Origin: an uncultured Methanosarcinales archaeon
GTDB lineage: Archaea; Nanobdellota; Nanobdellia; Woesearchaeales; UBA12501
DNA: 64,000 bases
Assembly (NCBI GenBank): GCA_964459835.1
Contig: CAYWPA010000001.1
Coordinates: 1,601 to 65,600 of the forward strand
Direction: 5' to 3'
Positions 10,988 to 21,748 of the stretch are shown here, in pieces. The position numbers and the translations under genes were made by a program. Every line of letters begins with the position of its first letter. Position 1 is the stretch's first letter. Below the pieces are notes generated by a model. That model was not told the DNA's origin. It made no database searches and saw nothing but the letters and a program-made list of their open reading frames with translations.

Positions 10988-11094
10988 CATTCGGAAATAG
11001 TGTAAATATTTCAGTTATTACAAAAAAATTTCCGGATAAATAGCAAATAGCCATATTAAAAGTATATTGATTATGAACAATTGGGAGTAAAAAC

Positions 11095-12081
11095 ATGGAC
11101 CAAATATCAATAAGTATTCCAGCTTCAACTGCAAATGTCGGCCTAGGTTATGATATATGGTGTTTAGGCCTTGAAGAACCGCAGCTTATGCTTACCTACA
11201 CCAGAAAAAATAAGCCTGGTATAGAAACTAGAGTCAAAAGCCCGTGCCAGCCGCCTGCAAGCAGGATTCTTGGATATGCTGGGAGGCTAGCATTAGAGAA
11301 GTTTCTTGGTGAAAAAGGAATTGACGAAGGCGCTTATCTTTATTATGAAGACGAAGGCTATCCTGTTGGCGGCTTGGGAAGATCAGGTGCAGAAGCTGTT
11401 GGAGCAGTAGCAGCTGCTGCAATTATCTATGGGATAAAATTGAGCAGAAATGAGATGATTATTGCCAGTGCAAAAGGCGAAGCAGGAGAGCATAAGGACA
11501 ATGTAGCAGCATCTGTCAATGGAAGGCTTAACATAATTGTACCGTCTGAGCCATACACCGGCAAGGCATCAGTTGATTTTTATGATGTGCCAGAAGATTT
11601 GGGATTGGCAATAGGCTTTTCTTCTTACCAAAAAACAGGAGGCACTGAAGCCGGCAGAGCAGCCCTCAAAAGCCCTGTTGATACAACGGATTTTGTAGAA
11701 CAGATAGGATTAGTATCAGCAGCCACAGCAGCAATAGTAACCGGCAATACTGACAGATTTCTTGAGCTAGCATGGGGCGATAAGTTTCATCAGCCGCGCA
11801 GGGCTCGCGTTGGATTTTATGGAAATTTTGATGACAAAGATTTTACCGGATTGCAGAGAAAGCTTTACGAAGAATTTCGTGTTGCATGGGATGTTTCAGG
11901 CGCAGGGCCTAATATGCAGGCTAAGTACAGCAAAGCACAATATCCAGAAGGCATTGCAGAAATAATCTCCCCTGTTGTAGTTCCGTGGTTTGCAGAAAAA
12001 GGAATTGAAATGAAGCTAAAAGAGATGAACATCGCTAAAGAAGGCGCGTATGACTTTGCACAGAGATGCTATGATTTTTGA
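11095..12081 (+). CDS. GHMP kinase superfamily protein (candidate beta-RFAP synthase-like or small-molecule kinase)
   Basis: PASTANVGLGYD (GHMP motif I-like) and Gly-rich GGLGRSGAEAVGAVAAAA (motif II). Confidence 0.55.
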   Translation: MDQISISIPASTANVGLGYDIWCLGLEEPQLMLTYTRKNKPGIETRVKSPCQPPASRILGYAGRLALEKFLGEKGIDEGAYLYYEDEGYPVGGLGRSGAEAVGAVAAAAIIYGIKLSRNEMIIASAKGEAGEHKDNVAASVNGRLNIIVPSEPYTGKASVDFYDVPEDLGLAIGFSSYQKTGGTEAGRAALKSPVDTTDFVEQIGLVSAATAAIVTGNTDRFLELAWGDKFHQPRRARVGFYGNFDDKDFTGLQRKLYEEFRVAWDVSGAGPNMQAKYSKAQYPEGIAEIISPVVVPWFAEKGIEMKLKEMNIAKEGAYDFAQRCYDF

Positions 12082-12815
12082 GAAATGTGGGGGACAAGAA
12101 AATGGAAAAGAAAAATCTAGAAGAAAAGATGGATACATTTATGGGGCATCTTTCTGCTACCGTTAGGACACACCCATCAGTAAATCATCGGTTATATGAT
12201 AGGTTAATCAATGGGCAAAAATTAGATAGAAATGGGCTATTTCGCTTGTGCGTGGGTTACCATGATATGGCACAGGGATATCTTAAGGCTGCAGCTACTG
12301 CAATCCTTTATCAAGGAGTAAAAGACCAGAGGACTATGATAGAAATGACCAAAACTTTGCATTCAGAGCTCGGTTTTGGGCATCCGGAACAGGTTCATCA
12401 TGAATATTTCTTGCTTTTCCCACAAAGCCAAGGTATCCCAAAAGAAGAGATATTGAATGAACCTCCTGTTCAGGCATCTGAAAGATACAATCAAGGGCTG
12501 ATTAAACTCTTCTCAGGAGATTTGCTAGAGTTCCTTGGCGCTCAAACTGCTTTTGAGATGGACGCAAAGGAAATGATCCATAAGGTTCATGAAGCTGCAA
12601 GAAGATACACAACAAACCCTGGGGACCTTTCTTATTTCCACTTGCATCTGTGGTTTGAGGATGCACATGTAAACTGGGCAGAAAAAGCTATGGGACCTTA
12701 TATAACCGATTGTATATCACGCTCAAGAATTGAACGTGGCTTTAAGAAAGAATTGAAACTGAAAGAAGAATGGTTAGATGGCCTCTACAAATATGTATTT
12801 GATGAGCCTTTGTGA
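12078..12815 (+). CDS. heme-oxygenase-like (CADD/PqqC-type) putative diiron enzyme
   Basis: 4-nt overlap with the upstream gene; H-x3-E-x2-H (HLWFEDAH) plus upstream E/H residues consistent with an HO-like diiron site. Confidence 0.35.
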   Translation: MRNVGDKKMEKKNLEEKMDTFMGHLSATVRTHPSVNHRLYDRLINGQKLDRNGLFRLCVGYHDMAQGYLKAAATAILYQGVKDQRTMIEMTKTLHSELGFGHPEQVHHEYFLLFPQSQGIPKEEILNEPPVQASERYNQGLIKLFSGDLLEFLGAQTAFEMDAKEMIHKVHEAARRYTTNPGDLSYFHLHLWFEDAHVNWAEKAMGPYITDCISRSRIERGFKKELKLKEEWLDGLYKYVFDEPL

Positions 12816-13750
12816 ACATGGTTGGTATAGTATTAGAAAGGATAAGGGGAAATAGCTATTACTGTAGTGGAAAGCTTTCTATCGGAGTATATTTAAACTA
12901 TGAAAATAAATCCGCCATACTTATAGATAGTGGAATAGACAAAGATACAGCACGTAAAGTCGATAAACATGTTAATTCTTTGGGCTATACCACATGTGCA
13001 ATTGTCAATACGCACAGTCACGCTGATCATTGCGGTGGAAATAATTTTTTTCAGAAAAAGTACCAAAATCTAAAGACATATGCGACAGAGTTCGAGAAAA
13101 GTTTCATTGAAAACCCGTCACTAGAGCCTATTTGTTTTTGTGGCGGAGCTGCCCCGTATCAAGAATTAAAAAATAAGCTTCTGGAAGCAGAGCCTTCGCA
13201 TGTATCAAATGTTATACCATACCAGGATTGCACAATAAACATAGAAGATGTAATGCTTGATATAATAACATTTCCTGGTCATACGCCTGGTATGGTCGGC
13301 GTTATGACGCCGGATAAAGTACTTTACTGTGGAGATGCTATTTTTGGGGAAGAAACCATTAGCAAACATGGTGTTTTGTTCTATACAGATATCGAAAAGG
13401 CCAAAGAGTCACTTCATAAAATAGGAAATTACCAAGAATGTGAGTACATATTATATCATAGTGGGCTTATTAAAGATATACACTCCCTCAGAGATAGACA
13501 TCTAGCAAAGATAGAAGAAACTACTGAATTTATAAGAGAAACAATATGCAACTCTCCTATTTCTTTGGATGATCTAACACAGGCTGTTTTGAAGAGATAT
13601 CATATTCCGCAAAATGTCATTCAGTATACACTTACACAAACATGCGTTCGTGCTTATGTCTCCGCAATGCAAAAGAATGATTTGGTATCTTTGACTATTG
13701 AAGACGGTTTACTAAAGTTCACTGCTTCTGAAGACATTGATGTGATGTAA
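12812..13750 (+). CDS. metallo-beta-lactamase fold hydrolase
   Basis: THSHADHCGG (HxHxDH) motif; 4-nt overlap with the upstream gene. Confidence 0.6.
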   Translation: MNMVGIVLERIRGNSYYCSGKLSIGVYLNYENKSAILIDSGIDKDTARKVDKHVNSLGYTTCAIVNTHSHADHCGGNNFFQKKYQNLKTYATEFEKSFIENPSLEPICFCGGAAPYQELKNKLLEAEPSHVSNVIPYQDCTINIEDVMLDIITFPGHTPGMVGVMTPDKVLYCGDAIFGEETISKHGVLFYTDIEKAKESLHKIGNYQECEYILYHSGLIKDIHSLRDRHLAKIEETTEFIRETICNSPISLDDLTQAVLKRYHIPQNVIQYTLTQTCVRAYVSAMQKNDLVSLTIEDGLLKFTASEDIDVM

Positions 13751-13839
13751 ATTCTTTGTTTTTTGAACGATTTTCAATAAATTTGGAAATGTTACATTAA
13801 ACCAAAAAGCATTAATAGAATCACATCATAAAGCTTAAA

Positions 13840-14433
13840 ATGCAAAAACTTATCGAAAAAGCTAGGAAATTTGCAATAAAAGAATATACAAACTACAATG
13901 GAAAGTTTGGTTCAGAATTTATGATTGCTTTAACAGGAGAATGTGTCAAGTTAGCTGAGGAGCTTGCAGATGAAAGTATGGATAAAACTGCTTTAATCAT
14001 TGGTACATATCTCCACGATATTGGAAGAACAATTACAGATGGGCCAGAACATGCTGCTGAAGGCGCTAAAATAGCTAAGGATTTTCTAAAAAAGAACAAT
14101 GCTGACGAACAAACAAAAACGATTGTTCTTGACTGCATCCTTAACCACGGCTCCAGTGCAGAGCCTAAAACAGCTGAAGGAAAGCTTCTGCAATTTATAG
14201 ATAAAGCAGCGCTTATCAATATTGGCATATTGCAAATTTACATAAAGAAATTAGCCGAGACTATGACTGAAGAAGAAGCAATGCAAAAAGCAATGGAAAG
14301 CCTGGACAAATGGTATAACCGCTTAGGAGATAGAAAAGCTAAGGTTAAAAAAGAATATAAGGCTTGTAAAGAATACTTACTCCACCATCACCAACAACAC
14401 CATAAGCCCAATACCAAGCAAAAAAGTGATTAA
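13840..14433 (+). CDS. HD-domain-like protein with His-rich C-terminus
   Basis: YLHDIGR motif; C-terminal HHHQQHH. Confidence 0.4.
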   Translation: MQKLIEKARKFAIKEYTNYNGKFGSEFMIALTGECVKLAEELADESMDKTALIIGTYLHDIGRTITDGPEHAAEGAKIAKDFLKKNNADEQTKTIVLDCILNHGSSAEPKTAEGKLLQFIDKAALINIGILQIYIKKLAETMTEEEAMQKAMESLDKWYNRLGDRKAKVKKEYKACKEYLLHHHQQHHKPNTKQKSD

Positions 14434-15144
14434 CTGAATAAAAGACTTCTTTGTTTCAAAATGCTTGTGCAGCTCAGGTATTAGATCAGAGCCTGCAATG
14501 TAGATAAAGCCGCCTGCGGTAAAGGCAAGCAAATAAATCCCAAAGCCTTCCATTATGTTTCCTAAAATTAAAGCAACACCTGCTCCAATAAAAGCTGTCA
14601 ATGCAGTAAGAAAATTAAAAAACAAAGCTTTTTTCTTTGTAAAGCCACCGTGCATCAAAACGCCAAAATCGCTTATCTCCTGAGGAATCTCGTGCAGAAT
14701 GACGGCAATGGTTGTCGCAAAGCCAAGAGGTATGCTAACAAGATAGCTTCCTGCAATAATAAGGCCATCGATAAAATTATGGACAACATCGCCAACTAAA
14801 TTCATATATGCAAAAGAATGGGGATGAGAAGTATGTTCAGAAGCAACATTTGCATGCAGATGCGCATGATGGCAGTGATGCCAGTGTATAAATTTCTCTA
14901 TGATGAAAAATAAAACAATTCCAGACAGCAAAACAAGAGACAACTGCATGGTAAATCCAATATCTTCAACTGCTTCAGGCAATAAATGGATAAAAGCATC
15001 TCCGAACAATGCTCCGGCTGCAAAGCTTACCAAATAAATAATAACTTTATGCAAAGTCTTTTCTTTCCAAGAAATTGTTAGAATGCCTATCAAAGAAAGC
15101 AGGCTTACTACCAGCACGCTTAGCAAAGTTATTCCAATTACCAT
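14377..15144 (-). CDS. zupT: ZIP family metal (Zn/Fe) permease
   Basis: HEIPQEISDFGVLMHGG and HNFIDGL ZIP signatures; His-rich cytoplasmic loop. Confidence 0.85.
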   Translation of the reverse strand: MVIGITLLSVLVVSLLSLIGILTISWKEKTLHKVIIYLVSFAAGALFGDAFIHLLPEAVEDIGFTMQLSLVLLSGIVLFFIIEKFIHWHHCHHAHLHANVASEHTSHPHSFAYMNLVGDVVHNFIDGLIIAGSYLVSIPLGFATTIAVILHEIPQEISDFGVLMHGGFTKKKALFFNFLTALTAFIGAGVALILGNIMEGFGIYLLAFTAGGFIYIAGSDLIPELHKHFETKKSFIQLITFLLGIGLMVLLVMVE

Positions 15145-15150
15145 GCTTTT

Positions 15151-16023
15151 CTAAAGCTCTATTTTCTTTATAAAGCTATCGGCGGAAATAATGTGCCTGT
15201 CCAGCCCTATTTCCTGAGGGGAAAAGCCAAAGGCTAATGCAACCAACTGGGACAAATGCAAAGCAGGAATTTCCTTTTCCAGCCCTACTAATTTTGCTGA
15301 TTTCTTCTGGTAAGCATCAAGCTTCAGATGGCATAAAGGGCAGGGTGTAACCATTACATCTGCATTTGCATCAACAGCGCTTTTGATATTGGAGCCGTTC
15401 ATCTTCAAAGAAGTCTTTTCATTGACCATAACCGTATGGAAGCCGCAGCACTTTAACCTGCCGTCATAATCAACAGGCTCTGCTCCCAAAGCCTTTATCA
15501 GATTTTCAAAGCTTTTTGGATTTCTTGCATCGTCAAACCCAAGAACATCTGAAGGCCTTATAGTGTGGCAGCCGTAGAATGGTGCTATTTTAACACCTTT
15601 TAATGGTCTGGAAACAAACTTTTTCAGAACTTCAGGATCAAATTTGTTCAGCACAAACAATAAATGAGTGATGTCCATTTTAGCTTCGTACTTTAACCCT
15701 ACTTCTGTAAGCTTTTCGTTTACTTTCTCAAGCAGAGCAGGATCATCCTTTAATCTCTTGTTTGCTTTCCTTAAGACAGCCAAGCAAGTGCTGCAAGGAG
15801 TCATTATATCCAAGCCTTGTTTTTCAGCATAAGCGAAGTTTCTTGCATTAATAACTAGATTAAAGAAATCATTGACAGCATCTGCATTTGTAGCTCCGCA
15901 GCAGGTGAATTCAGGAATATCAACTAATTCTATCCCTGCCTTGTCGCAGATTCTTCTGCATGCCCAGTCTGATTCTGTGGCAATCTGCTTTGTATTGCAT
16001 CCTGGAAAATATGCGTATCTCAT
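15151..16023 (-). CDS. CCG-domain Fe-S protein (HdrB/SdhE-like subunit of succinate dehydrogenase/fumarate reductase)
   Basis: Two Cys-rich CCG-type repeats (FPGC...CCG...PC..C); 4-nt overlap with sdhB. Confidence 0.65.
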   Translation of the reverse strand: MRYAYFPGCNTKQIATESDWACRRICDKAGIELVDIPEFTCCGATNADAVNDFFNLVINARNFAYAEKQGLDIMTPCSTCLAVLRKANKRLKDDPALLEKVNEKLTEVGLKYEAKMDITHLLFVLNKFDPEVLKKFVSRPLKGVKIAPFYGCHTIRPSDVLGFDDARNPKSFENLIKALGAEPVDYDGRLKCCGFHTVMVNEKTSLKMNGSNIKSAVDANADVMVTPCPLCHLKLDAYQKKSAKLVGLEKEIPALHLSQLVALAFGFSPQEIGLDRHIISADSFIKKIEL

Positions 16024-17168
16024 TTTTGTGTTTTTATTTTTCTTGTTAATTTTGATATTGTTTTGATTTCATCCATTCCTTTTGACTTTTCAGGGAAAAC
16101 AGGAGGAACTTTGCCATGTGCTGCCATTTTTATTGCCATTGGAATGAATTTTATTGCCCTTACCATGCCATAAGTCCTTATCGGAAGCATAATTTCATTC
16201 AGCTCTCCCATCTCTTTCATTGAAGTTTCAAATGCCCTTGCATGCCTTGCGCCGTCATTATGTGTGATGCCTGCCTGAATCGCCATTTCCCTTAAAGCTG
16301 TAATCTTATCCGATGGTCTTATATCTTTAGGGCACTGCTCTGTGCATGCGTACATTTGAGCGCAATGCCATAAACCTTTTTTTGTGATGTCTTTCAGCCT
16401 TTCCCTTACGTCTGATGACCTTGGGTCAACTACAAACCTGTATGCCTTTGTCAGGGCCGCAGGACCTAAAAACCTTCCCTCATCATGCTCCACAACCTGG
16501 CAGTCTGTATAGCACGCCATGCACATTATGCAGTTTTCTGCATTCTTCTGCTTTGCCAAATCCTCTTTGTACATCCTTCCTGGCTCTGTTCCCAAAGGAT
16601 ATTTGTTTTCAAGCCATGGCTTTGATTTTTCTATCTGCTCCCAGAAAGGCCTGTCATCAACAACCAAATCTTTGATGACTTTCAGGTTGTTCATTGGCTC
16701 TATTGTTATTTCTCCATCTCTTATTTCATCAACTAATTGTGTTTTGCATGTTAATTTTGCATGGCCGTTTACCTTCATGCAGCAGCTTCCGCATATTGCA
16801 CTTCTGCAGGATTTCCTGTATGTCAAAGTTCCATCATGCTCTGCTTTAATTATATCTAAACAATCAAGAATTGTCTTTCCTTCATGAACATTGAGTTTGT
16901 ATGTTTTGTATTCTTTTTTTTCTGTTTCAGGATTGTATCTAAATATCCTAAAAGAAACATCTATTTTTTTATGCTCTGTTATTTTGCTTGGCGGGAGAAT
17001 AACATCAGGCTCTGCTGCTGTTTTTCTTTCTTGCTTTTTTGTTATTCTCTTTTGTGATGTTTTTATTTTTGCTTGTTTTTTCTTTATTGTTACTTTTGAT
17101 TTTTTTGCAGATTCCACCTTACTGCTTGGCTTTTTTCCTACTCGCTTACTTCTTTTCTTTGCCATCAA
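16020..17168 (-). CDS. sdhB: succinate dehydrogenase/fumarate reductase iron-sulfur subunit with Lys-rich N-terminal extension
   Basis: 2Fe-2S ([11 protein letters not shown]) and 4Fe-4S Cys clusters; a roughly 75-aa KKxK low-complexity N-terminus; 4-nt overlaps on both sides. Confidence 0.8.
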   Translation of the reverse strand: MMAKKRSKRVGKKPSSKVESAKKSKVTIKKKQAKIKTSQKRITKKQERKTAAEPDVILPPSKITEHKKIDVSFRIFRYNPETEKKEYKTYKLNVHEGKTILDCLDIIKAEHDGTLTYRKSCRSAICGSCCMKVNGHAKLTCKTQLVDEIRDGEITIEPMNNLKVIKDLVVDDRPFWEQIEKSKPWLENKYPLGTEPGRMYKEDLAKQKNAENCIMCMACYTDCQVVEHDEGRFLGPAALTKAYRFVVDPRSSDVRERLKDITKKGLWHCAQMYACTEQCPKDIRPSDKITALREMAIQAGITHNDGARHARAFETSMKEMGELNEIMLPIRTYGMVRAIKFIPMAIKMAAHGKVPPVFPEKSKGMDEIKTISKLTRKIKTQK

Positions 17169-18886
17169 TAACTCCTCTCCACTGGCTTGTATTTGGTTAT
17201 TACAACAGGCTTGTATTTTAATTCTATGCCTAAAGGAGTCTTAAAAACCAATGTGTGCCTCAGCCAGTTCTTGTCATCCCTTTTCCTGCAGTCAGTCCTG
17301 TAGTGCGCACCCCTGCTTTCATCTCTTGCTAAAGCTGAAACAAGTATCGCCTCTGAAAAGCCAAGCAGGCTGCCAAGCTCTATGGCCTCTGTTAATTCAG
17401 TGTTAAAAATCCTGCTTTTATCGTCCAGGCCTATGTCAATATGCCTTTTCTGGAGCTTTCTTATCTTTTCAATCCCTTTTTCCAAGCCTTCCTTGTTCCT
17501 GAAAACCCCGCAATGCTCCATCATCAATTCTCCTAACTCTTTTCTTATATCCCCAATCCTTTCATTTCCGCTTGAAGAAAGCAGCCTTTCTATTCTTGCA
17601 TTTTCTTCTTCATAATCATCTTCAGGCATTAAATGCAAAGGAGAGTGCACTGCATACCTTGCCATTTCAATCCCTGCCCTTTTTCCAAAAACCAGAGTTT
17701 CCATCAAAGAGTTTCCTCCTAAACGATTTGCACCATGAACTGAAACACAAGCGCATTCTCCAGCTGCAAAAAATCCTTTTACAACATTTGAATCGTCTTG
17801 TTTCCTTTCTCCTTTAACAACCCTTCCATCAATATCTGTTGGAATTCCTCCCATTGAGTAATGCGCAGTTGGAACAACAGGAATTGGCTCCTTAATGCAG
17901 TCTATTCCTAAAAAATCCAAAGCCAGCTGGTGTATCTGCGAGAGCCTTTCCATTATGATTTCCTTTCCAAGATGCCTTATGTCAAGGAAAACATGGTCTT
18001 TTTTCTTTCCTCCGCCTCTTCCTTCATTGATTTCTGTCTGAATTGCCCTGCAGACAATGTCCCTTGCAGCAAGCTCCATTTTTTCAGGTGCATATTTTCT
18101 CATAAACCTCTCTCCTTTTCCGTTTACCAAATATCCTCCTTCACCTCTTGCCCCTTCTGTTATCAGTATTCCCTGCCCGTACATTCCTGAAGGGTGGAAC
18201 TGGACAAACTCCATATCCTCTAATGGTATGCCTGCATTAAAAGCCATTGCTACGCCGTCTCCTGTAGAGGCAAATGCGTTTGAAGTTACCTTAAACGCCC
18301 TTCCATAGCCTCCTGTGGCAAACAATACTGCCTTAGCCCTTATCGCTTCTACCTTGCCGTCTTTAATATTATACGCAATAATCCCTCTGCATATGTCATC
18401 TTTTATCACGACACTTAAAACATGCCATTCAGAGTAAACCTTTATCTTTGCCTTTTGAATCTGCTCATACAAAGTGTGCAGCAAAACATGCCCTGTCCTG
18501 TCTGCTGCATAGCATGCCCTGTTGAACCTTTGCCCTCCAAAAGGCCTTTGCGCTATTGTGCCGTCATTGTTTCTTGAAAACAGCACTCCAAAATGCTCCA
18601 TCTCGTTTATTATTTGCGGAGCTTCGCTTGCAAAAACTTCTATTGCATCCTGGTCTCCTAAAAAATCAGAACCATAAACAGTGTCGTAGATATGGCCTTC
18701 AATTTTGTCTTCCGGATTTATTGCAGCAGTTATCCCTCCCTGTGCTGCTCCTGAATGGCTTCTTACAGGATGAACTTTAGAAAATATTGCAACGTTTAGA
18801 TCATGCTTAGAAAGCTCAACTGCCGCCCTTAATCCTGCCAAGCCTGCCCCAACTATTACTGCGTCATGTGTTATTATCAGTACCAC
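17165..18886 (-). CDS. sdhA: succinate dehydrogenase/fumarate reductase flavoprotein subunit
   Basis: FAD motif [18 protein letters not shown] and catalytic Arg/His motifs. Confidence 0.9.
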   Translation of the reverse strand: MVLIITHDAVIVGAGLAGLRAAVELSKHDLNVAIFSKVHPVRSHSGAAQGGITAAINPEDKIEGHIYDTVYGSDFLGDQDAIEVFASEAPQIINEMEHFGVLFSRNNDGTIAQRPFGGQRFNRACYAADRTGHVLLHTLYEQIQKAKIKVYSEWHVLSVVIKDDICRGIIAYNIKDGKVEAIRAKAVLFATGGYGRAFKVTSNAFASTGDGVAMAFNAGIPLEDMEFVQFHPSGMYGQGILITEGARGEGGYLVNGKGERFMRKYAPEKMELAARDIVCRAIQTEINEGRGGGKKKDHVFLDIRHLGKEIIMERLSQIHQLALDFLGIDCIKEPIPVVPTAHYSMGGIPTDIDGRVVKGERKQDDSNVVKGFFAAGECACVSVHGANRLGGNSLMETLVFGKRAGIEMARYAVHSPLHLMPEDDYEEENARIERLLSSSGNERIGDIRKELGELMMEHCGVFRNKEGLEKGIEKIRKLQKRHIDIGLDDKSRIFNTELTEAIELGSLLGFSEAILVSALARDESRGAHYRTDCRKRDDKNWLRHTLVFKTPLGIELKYKPVVITKYKPVERSY

Positions 18887-18908
18887 CCCAAATTAAAAAA
18901 TAAAAAAT

Positions 18909-19364
18909 TTATTTGCTCAGCACTTTGTCAATTGAAAGGTATCTGCTTCCTTCCAATGCCAAGTGTATAGATGCTCCAAGCAAGCCTATGTCTTTTATTA
19001 AGCCGGCTGCGTTGAACATCCCTGGAATTGTTCCTGTTGCATCAAGCACTATTCCTGACACGATGAAGATCAGCAATAATACTGCTGTTCCCAATGCAGC
19101 AAACCTTGTTATCAATCCTATTAACAAAAGCACTCCCAAGATAAGCTCTGCAAGACCAAGCAAAAATACTATAGTAGCTGCCGGCATGAAAGGTATAACC
19201 TTGTCAATTGGCGGCGCTGCTCCAAGAAACAGCTTTCCTATGGCTGCATATATAAAAACAGCTGCAATACCTAAGCGCAGAATAAGGTTGGCAATGTTCA
19301 TCTTTTTTTCCTGTTCCATTTTTAAGCCTCCGAACCTCTTTTTAAGAGAATAAGGAATAAGCAT
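18909..19364 (-). CDS. DoxX family membrane protein
   Basis: LILRLGIAAVFIYAAIGKLF DoxX-like N-terminal helix and 4 TM; immediately upstream of sdhA on the same strand; start may be at an internal Met. Confidence 0.55.
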   Translation of the reverse strand: MLIPYSLKKRFGGLKMEQEKKMNIANLILRLGIAAVFIYAAIGKLFLGAAPPIDKVIPFMPAATIVFLLGLAELILGVLLLIGLITRFAALGTAVLLLIFIVSGIVLDATGTIPGMFNAAGLIKDIGLLGASIHLALEGSRYLSIDKVLSK

Positions 19365-19390
19365 ATTTAAAGTTAATGCTTAAAGAAGTC

Positions 19391-19540
19391 CTATTTCCTA
19401 GGCAGCCTTTCCTTTTTGTGCTTTACCCTTATATGCGCTTCTAAAGCCTTGACGTGCTTGTGACAGTAAGGGCAGCTTCCTGCTGTTGTCTTCTCTACAA
19501 ACTTCGGCAGCTTTGTTTTTCCGTAGACTGGTTTGACCAT
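19391..19540 (-). CDS. small C2H2-type zinc-finger protein (49 aa)
   Basis: Not in the ORF track (<60 aa); MVKPVYGKTKLPKFVEKTTAGSCPYCHKHVKALEAHIRVKHKKERLPRK, C-x2-C-x9-H-x4-H. Confidence 0.4.
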   Translation of the reverse strand: MVKPVYGKTKLPKFVEKTTAGSCPYCHKHVKALEAHIRVKHKKERLPRK

Positions 19541-19699
19541 TTTGGGTACCTCTTGGGTAAGCAACTTTGTGAGTCTATTTAAATATTTCTATTAATAATA
19601 AAAACAAAAAATTTAATTATTTGTGCTCTCAATCAGTGCTTCTACATTACTTGCTATCTCTGAAATTGCTAATGTTTCCAGCCCTTCCCAAACATATAA

Positions 19700-20317
19700 T
19701 TAATAGGTGTTCTGAACATAATCAACAGATATTGCTTCTGTTGATTCATCAAGTTGTGTTGCTGGGGGCGGATCTATAAGTGATATAAATTTAATTTCTG
19801 TTTCCTTTGATAAATTCCAAAAAAATTGTTCTTGTATTGAAATTGCTAACATATTATAAAGATAATCACTATACAAAACTTCAGCATGGTATTTCTTGAT
19901 AACATTTAATGCTTCTTTTTTAGTTACATTTTCGTAAAACATTATATTAAGTTTTACATTATGATTTTCTACAGCATAATTATATACACCATCTTCTAAT
20001 ATATAATCTTGGACTTTTCTTACTTCCTTCTCCTTCTTTAGCTCTTCCTCTATAATATACTTCAGCACATTAGGCTGGTCAGGCCTTTTAACTTCAACTA
20101 CAGGCAAAGGCTCTCCACCAAATGGCCAGATGCTTTTCTTGGTTGATGATTCAGCAGAAGTTTCGTCAGCAACAGAACCATTCTCTGTTTTATTCTCTGT
20201 TTTAGTTGCGTCTATAACTCGTGCAGAATCATCTTTTGATAAACCTACAAATATTATTAGCAAAGCAACTACAAAAACAACAGCAATGCAAATTCCGACA
20301 ATATTCTTTGCTTTCAT
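19700..20317 (-). CDS. membrane-anchored hypothetical protein
   Basis: N-terminal TM helix then a soluble domain. Confidence 0.4.
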   Translation of the reverse strand: MKAKNIVGICIAVVFVVALLIIFVGLSKDDSARVIDATKTENKTENGSVADETSAESSTKKSIWPFGGEPLPVVEVKRPDQPNVLKYIIEEELKKEKEVRKVQDYILEDGVYNYAVENHNVKLNIMFYENVTKKEALNVIKKYHAEVLYSDYLYNMLAISIQEQFFWNLSKETEIKFISLIDPPPATQLDESTEAISVDYVQNTY

Positions 20318-20358
20318 GGTATTTCGAATGTTAGGCCTCCTGAGAGTAGGATTTCAAT

Positions 20359-21213
20359 TTATCCCTTCAGCAGCTTAACAATATCTGCCGGAACTTCAGC
20401 TACCTCAACGCCTGCTTCTTTCAAGGCTTTAATCTTTGTCTCTGCTGTTCCGGATTTTCCGGAGATCAAAGCGCCTGCATGGCCCATTGTTTTTCCAGGA
20501 GGAGCAGTTTTTCCAGCAATAAATGCAACAACCTTTTTCTTCATTTGCTTGATGTACTCTGCAGCAGTCTCCTCTGCATCTCCGCCTATTTCGCCAACCA
20601 AAACAATTTTTTCTGTTCCATCATCGTGCTCAAACATCTCAAGAACGTCAACGATATCCATACCAACAACAGGATCTCCTCCTATGCCTACAACAGTTGA
20701 CTGGCCTATTTTGTTTTGCGTCAGTAAATTTACAAACTCATAAGTCAAAGTGCCTGAACGGGAAATCACTCCAACTTTTCCTTTCTTAAACAAATAATCA
20801 GGTATGATGCTTATGTTGCATTCGCCTGCTGTAACTATCCCAGGGCAGTTAGGGCCGATAACAATAAGATTTTTTTTCTTTGCAAAATTAATGACCTCAA
20901 GAGTGTCATGCACTGGCATGTGCTCTGTTATTATTACAATATTCAGCCCATTCTCCAGAGCTTCAATAGCAGCATTTTTTGCATAAGGCGCAGGAACAAA
21001 AAGGCAGCTCCATGAGGCAGGATGCTCTGCCAATGCCTCTTTTACAGAATTATAAACAGGAATCCCTGAAACATTCTTTCCTTTTTTCCCTGGAGTAACA
21101 CCTGCAACAACCTTAGTGCCATAGCTCTTCATGAGCTTTGCTTCCATGCTCCCCCTGCTTCCGGTTATTCCCTGGATAATAACCTTTGTTTCCTTGCTTA
21201 TCAGAATTGACAT
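20359..21213 (-). CDS. sucD: succinyl-CoA synthetase alpha subunit
   Basis: Start set at MSILISKETKVIIQGITGSRG (matches the SucD N-terminus); CoA-binding and phosphohistidine-loop region. Confidence 0.9.
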   Translation of the reverse strand: MSILISKETKVIIQGITGSRGSMEAKLMKSYGTKVVAGVTPGKKGKNVSGIPVYNSVKEALAEHPASWSCLFVPAPYAKNAAIEALENGLNIVIITEHMPVHDTLEVINFAKKKNLIVIGPNCPGIVTAGECNISIIPDYLFKKGKVGVISRSGTLTYEFVNLLTQNKIGQSTVVGIGGDPVVGMDIVDVLEMFEHDDGTEKIVLVGEIGGDAEETAAEYIKQMKKKVVAFIAGKTAPPGKTMGHAGALISGKSGTAETKIKALKEAGVEVAEVPADIVKLLKG

Positions 21214-21214
21214 C

Positions 21215-21748
21215 TTACTTTTTCCTGAAATCCCCTTTAAGCATGCAGAACATATGCACATCCTGGAATTTTCCGCTTATATATGATCGCTTCCTTAGCA
21301 ATCCTTCGTAATTTAAGCTCAGCTTAATCGCCAGCCTTTTTGCCTCAAGATGCTCAGTCGGGCACGGGAACTCCACCCTGTTCAATCCGAGAGACTTAAA
21401 CCCGTAGCCCATCAAGGCTTCGCACGCCTCTACTCCGTAATCCTTTCCCCTGAACGGCTTTCCAATCCAATACCCAAGCTCCGCATACTTGTCGTTTATA
21501 TTTATGTTGTTGAACTCAACACCACCTACCAAATAATTGGAAGAGTTTTCAATTATTGCATAAGAAAATGCTGTTTTCTTTTTCATATTTTCTTCTGCTT
21601 TTTTTATAAACAGCTTTGCATGCTTTAAGGTGTAAGGATAAGGGATATGTGTAAAAGAAGCTACCTTTCTGTCATTTGCAAGCTTTACTAAATTTGCTGC
21701 ATCCTTTTCCCTGAACTGCCTTAAGGTTATATTTTTTGCCTTGATCAT
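21215..21748 (-). CDS. GNAT family N-acetyltransferase (RimJ/RimL-like)
   Basis: 177 aa; acetyl-CoA-binding-like GYGFKSLGLNRVE region; sits between sucC and sucD. Confidence 0.6.
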   Translation of the reverse strand: MIKAKNITLRQFREKDAANLVKLANDRKVASFTHIPYPYTLKHAKLFIKKAEENMKKKTAFSYAIIENSSNYLVGGVEFNNININDKYAELGYWIGKPFRGKDYGVEACEALMGYGFKSLGLNRVEFPCPTEHLEAKRLAIKLSLNYEGLLRKRSYISGKFQDVHMFCMLKGDFRKK

